A DNA stretch of 64,000 nt from the human T2T-CHM13v2.0 reference genome, Homo sapiens: assembly GCF_009914755.1 (NCBI RefSeq), contig NC_060933.1, one strand, 5' to 3'. The position numbers and the translations under genes are program-made. Positions 59,030 through 64,000 of the stretch are shown here, piece after piece. The notes below the pieces were generated by a model. The model was not told the DNA's origin, ran no database searches, and worked only from the letters and a program-made list of their open reading frames with translations. How positions within the stretch are numbered: the stretch's first letter is position 1; each line of letters starts with the position of its first letter.

Positions 59030-59280
59030 AGTATGGTAAAACAGGGAAAGTATGGTGGAGTTGGAGGTCAGACAAATGAGGGTTCTGCAAGCAGCTATAC
59101 CACTAACTGGTAGTGAGACCTTGGGTAGTTATCAAGCCTATCTGAGCCTCTGTTTCCTCCTGTGTGGCATGAGGATAATGGTAACCTTACAAATTTGTAA
59201 TCTTTTATTACAGGAAAAGAACATAGGGCAATGCCTGGCACAAAACAGATGCCCAATAAAATGGTAAGTAGCATTTGAGC
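59030..59280 (+). mobile_element. MIR
   Basis: ggaggcagtatggt...ggaggtcagac...gaccttgggtagttatc...tctgagcctctgtttcctc...gcctggcaca. Confidence 0.75.
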
Positions 59281-62200
59281 CACATTTGCATCTGGGGTTA
59301 CATCCTGACCATTAAATGATGCCTCTGGCCCTGAAAAGATTATTTCATTGCATTTGACTATCCTGTCAGTTGTGTGTGCCAGTATAATTTACAGGAAAAT
59401 GGAATGGTAGCTGACTTTCAGGGTTCTGAAAGAGGATAAACACAAAAATGGAAGAGAATAGCTTTTCCATCATCCAATGCATGTCTCAAGTGCTTTGAGT
59501 AACTGAAGCTGGTTGTCAGCTATCAAGGGCAAGCAAGTAGCAAACATGATATGGAATGGTACAAGTCTTTTTTTAAGAGACTATTTTTATTAGTAATAAT
59601 GAGTTTTTGAGATTGATACAGGAATCTCAACACTGACACTTCACTACTCCCTCTCACCAACAGCTTCACGTACACTGTAGGGTAGAAATAACTCTGGATT
59701 AGGAATAGAGTACCAGTGCCTTTCCTGGCCCTGTAAATTATATAGTTGTGACCATAAGCAAGTCATTTCACCTCTGTGGATCATGGTTTTCCTTCTATAA
59801 AATGGGGAGTTTGAACCAGATGAATTTCAGTTTTAAAATCCTGTGGTCTTGTTTCCACACATTTTCAAGGCCTCCTGTGGCCAGAGCCCAGGTTCTCACA
59901 GTCACCCTCTCCCCAGCGAGCTCCATCTGCTCTGGCTGAACAAGCTCTAGGCTCACTCGGGGCTTCTCCTCTGCTTTGCTTTTCAGTGCTGATGGGGTGT
60001 TAGGCTCTCCCTCCCACTTGCCCACTTCTTGCTGTCCTGGCAGACTCAATACAAGTCTCCCCCACCATAAGAAGTTTTCTCTGACCATTTTGGTCTTCTC
60101 TAACCTCACTATCCTTTGGGTCGATCCTGTTTAATATGTCTTTATAATTCCTGGACTAGACTGGGAGGGCAGGGCTCCAAGTCTGAGACCATTTCCGTTA
60201 TCCCCCATATTACCCAACACAATGCTCTACATCCTGAACCTTCCTTTGCTCTTTTGTAAAAAAGATACCACCATCTATCTCCTAGAGCTTCTAGGAAGAA
60301 TAAATGAGACAGTGATGTGGCAGCATCCAGCACTTTGACTAGAATCGATAAGGAAATCAAACCTCGTTTCCTTCCTTTCCTTCTTCTCTATATATTTGGT
60401 GACTGGTCTTCCCTGCAAGGTGGTCTACTGAAACGTATTTGTCTGGGAGATGGAAATCTAGGTTGTGCTCAGAGAACCTTGGGCAAGTCCCAATTTCTCT
60501 GCAGCTTAGAATTTTGTTCAAATGAAGATAATGGCACCTGCTCTTATCTCTTATGATAGGAGGATAAAATGAGATAATATATGAGGAAGCACATTCTTTT
60601 GAAAAGCTACTGGCTTTATTATTTTTCCTAAGTCCTAGTTTGAAAAAGAAAAATCTTAAAACAACACACGAGACAGCAAGATGTCAATGTTAACGGGTGA
60701 TTTGATGATGACTGTGAAAATCCACCTCTTGATATAGACTAGAAATGTCAGAAAGTTTTATGACTGTTCCTTGGGGTAGAAAAGCACAGATACTGAAAAG
60801 ATCAGGAAGCTTTCTTTTTTGAACGCAATCACCTGGGGCATTACTTGTCTCCCAGGCTGGCATATTTTCTAAGTCAAACAATATCATAAACCCATCTAGG
60901 GGACTTTATGGGCCTCAGAATCTGGGGATATCCATTTGACAGTGCTAACTGCAAACTAATAAAAAAATTAAGACATTGAAACCTTTATATTTCTTACAAA
61001 TGAACTTTATTCATTATTATTATCTCTTCTGTATTAAAGTATACCAAGGTTAGAGGTGGGGGAACAGAAAGAAAATATATAGTCCCCACATAAAATGATT
61101 TTTTGGTATCAATAAAAGTTATCAACACCCATAGGGTATGTAATATAATACAATGTAAGAAAGAACTATTGTACATGGTAAGGAATGAAATATTCAAAAA
61201 GAAACATTTCTGTCCTCAAATCCTTTTGTAAAAAAGAAAAAAAAAAGGAACATGATTAGGGGAACATAATTTGGAGAGAAGGATTCTGGAAGAAAAACAT
61301 ATTTCTAACAACAACAAAAAGGCATCAGATATTTTTGGTAACAAAAAAGATTTTAGAATTATCACTTAAGGACTCTGCTTTTCTTCCATTTCAGAATGTA
61401 ATCACCCAGACAGGTAGGTAAGTAGAAGTGTGTGTATGGTATACATCTAAGAAAAAGAAATATGAATCAGTGTGTGTATGTGTGTATGCACACACACACC
61501 TGCACATGTGTGTTGGTGGGGAAGACAGAGGTTTAATCTCTATGCATTTCTTCTAACATTAGTAAACATTAATAGGATTACTCTAAAATATTTTCTCTTG
61601 CTCACTTCCTTAAGCAGTTAACAAAGTCAATTAAGAAACACCTATCCAAAACAAATCACCACTCTAACAAGAAGTCATGTAAAAATGTATTCTCTTATTT
61701 TTCTTTATTAAACACCTAACTGCATTTATAAAACATTTCAGTTTTATTACTTTTTATAAATATGTCTTTGCCATAATTTGTCATACATTTTATAAGTGGC
61801 TGGAGGAGATTTCATGCATAGCTAATTCATACATATAAATGTGAAGTTTGCATTAAATATCTCTAAACAAAACCTTACTTCCTTGCATTTTTAGGAGGAA
61901 TAGGCTAAAGAAGAGACAAGACGACTCCCATTACAAAGACTGACCCTCTTAGAATTAAGGCTATTCTTTTTTGAGCATCAACCTGCTACTGAAATATTCC
62001 TGGTACCAGGATTTACAAGGTCTGAGTCTGGAAATACTATAATGGTTGATTGGCTTAAGAAAAAATAAAATGTTAGAACCAGGGAGAGCAGTGATTAGAA
62101 GTGGCTGGCAACATTCCAGAGTTGCTTTTTAGTACCTTTTAAACTCCTTTGGCTACCAATTCTCATCTCATACCATTTTTAGGTTTATGCCAAATAAACC

Positions 62201-63337
62201 ACGACAGTGGTATTACAATGTGTAGAAAAGATGCAAACAGCATACTACCCACATATACTCTAAATCACTGAAATCTTACAGGCTTTGCCTTGTTTGGGTA
62301 CACTAAAATACATGATAGAATCTTCCTGAAGATAAGCACAAATTTTATAGCTTTCTTGGACCATATTATGGCATTTCTTACTTACAATGTTATTTTCTAT
62401 AACCTTTCTGTCAATAAAAGTGGGTTTGTTAAGATGTAATGTATGTACAGTTTCATAGTTCAAATTTCCATTAAGAGAAAACTGAAGAGACAACAATCAA
62501 ATGGGCAAATAAATGAATGTAAAAAACTAATGATTCAACTGTAATGAAAAAGAGTAGACATTTTTTGAAAATAAAATAATTGTTATTTTATTAATATAGT
62601 TAATACATTAGTTTTATAAAGTAAAAAAAAAAAACTCCTCTAAAATTCTTATCATTAACCAGTGGCTCGTTAAAAAGAAAAAAAAAAAACCTCAGACTAT
62701 TTTAATTGTCTTAGAGTTCTCATATTTGTACCTATCTAAGAAACAGTTTATCACAATGTAAATACTAAGGAAATGTTTAGGTGGTTTTGTACTTTTAATC
62801 TCAAAATCTATAGAAAATTCTCTTTTTCCCAGAGATACCATTCTTAGCCACTTAAACAAAATATAAAATACTATTTAGCAATATTCCCTGCTGAATACTT
62901 TTAAACAAGATAGGGCTAGGCTGATTTAAATTATAAGTTGAAGTCTAGGAAAAACAAAGTCTATATAATACAAAACGTTGGAATCAAGTAATATTACTTG
63001 TTTAAGCCAAATATATTCATATTTAAATAACAATTAAATAGCAAGAGATTAAATACCAACCATTCTTAATCACAGTTTAAGTCTGATAACAAAATCAAAA
63101 CTTTAATGCCATACAAAATACATCTCACAAACTAACCAATGCAAAGCTCTAAGCTTTAAACTTTTTGACAGTGTCAATAAAAACCCCAGGAAGGGAGAAT
63201 ATTGCAACTCTCCTTGGAACACAGGTATCTTAAATCATGGTTAAACAGACAGAATGTTAAGAATGGTATGGTTTTTATTTTCTATAGCAGGTTTATTGAT
63301 ACTTTTTTTCTAGTAAAGTTTGAAAATCTGACACTAC

Positions 63338-63387
63338 CTGTCCACATAGAAGGGGAAACAAAACTTGGTCAAAGTCTGTAGAACTTC
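63338..63387 (-). CDS. DENND1A: DENND1A coding exon (probably exon 4), 50 nt, EVLQTLTKFCFPFYVD(S)
   Basis: Minus strand reads tttctctccacag|GAAGTTCTACAGACTTTGACCAAGTTTTGTTTCCCCTTCTATGTGGACAG|gtagtg. It has a polypyrimidine tract with CAG acceptor, a GT donor and phase 0->2. The peptide matches the DENND1A N-terminal uDENN region (FCFP motif). Exon number is from recollection. Confidence 0.95.
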
Positions 63388-64000
63388 CTGTGGAGAGAAA
63401 GAGAGATAATTTATACATCTAATGGGACCAGTAAATCTAACATTAACCACAGCACACAATCTAGCAACTTTACCCTAAAGAAAGAGGAGACAGATGAAGA
63501 AATATGGGCTTTATCAATTACATGGGAGGAGTACCAGGCAGTCAATCATGAGAAATAATAAACATGATCAAACTTCATTAAAAATGAAAAATTAATCAAG
63601 AATCACACATGGGCAAGCAGCAGGAGCCATGCAGGAAAGCTCTGAAGGGAGGGAGGCGGTTGGGTTGCTGAGTGTTAACACCCCTCCAGGGAACATCTCC
63701 AGCCTGACCATATGGATCAGAGTGAATAACACCGAGCCACATGGGTTTGGCCTGGCAGGGCCGCTGTTGCTGGCACCGTTTTTGCCTGTTACCTAGGAAC
63801 AGAGGGGGCCAGGATTAGACAACGCTTCCCAACATCAATAGGCCAAATCACAGCAGAATCGAAAGCCAACTTGAAGATAATTGTCCCTGAACACTGTCAG
63901 CTACATTTTTTAGAGTTTAAAACTTCATTTACTTACTTTACAAAGAAGTTGCCATTTTGGGCATATATTTATTTTGGAACCAAACTGTAACAGTTTTAAG

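Noticed and set aside
61469-61512. TG/CA inverted tract as a possible miRNA hairpin
   Set aside because: Low-complexity alternating purine-pyrimidine sequence with a short imperfect stem.

Overview
Human (primate) genomic DNA, almost entirely intronic, inside DENND1A (connecdenn 1, Rab35 GEF) on the minus strand. Two coding exons of the uDENN/longin region are present: 63338-63387 (50 nt, EVLQTLTKFCFPFYVD[S]) and 51527-51646 (120 nt, [S][39 protein letters not shown][S]). They splice in frame across an 11.7 kb GT-AG intron, and the next intron runs over 51 kb to the window start with no further recognisable exon. The rest is a typical repeat landscape: about 23 Alus, a 5'-truncated L1PA nested in an old L1M, a full-length THE1 (MaLR) provirus plus a solo LTR, Tigger/hAT DNA-transposon fossils, L2/MIR fragments and microsatellites. 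I found no evidence of a new gene system. The most interesting signals are small mutational events readable from the sequence: (1) a near-identical 79-bp piece of an ancient MIR copied 3.76 kb away into an L1, consistent with a templated insertion; (2) an AluS whose 3' end is AluYb8-type; (3) an L1PA flanked by a 94-bp duplication instead of a normal TSD; (4) a recent 117-bp microhomology-bounded tandem duplication. There is also a candidate cryptic-exon/recursive splice site, a possible RTE-class LINE fossil and several enhancer-like motif clusters. Repeat subfamily calls are by eye and boundaries of old repeats are approximate.
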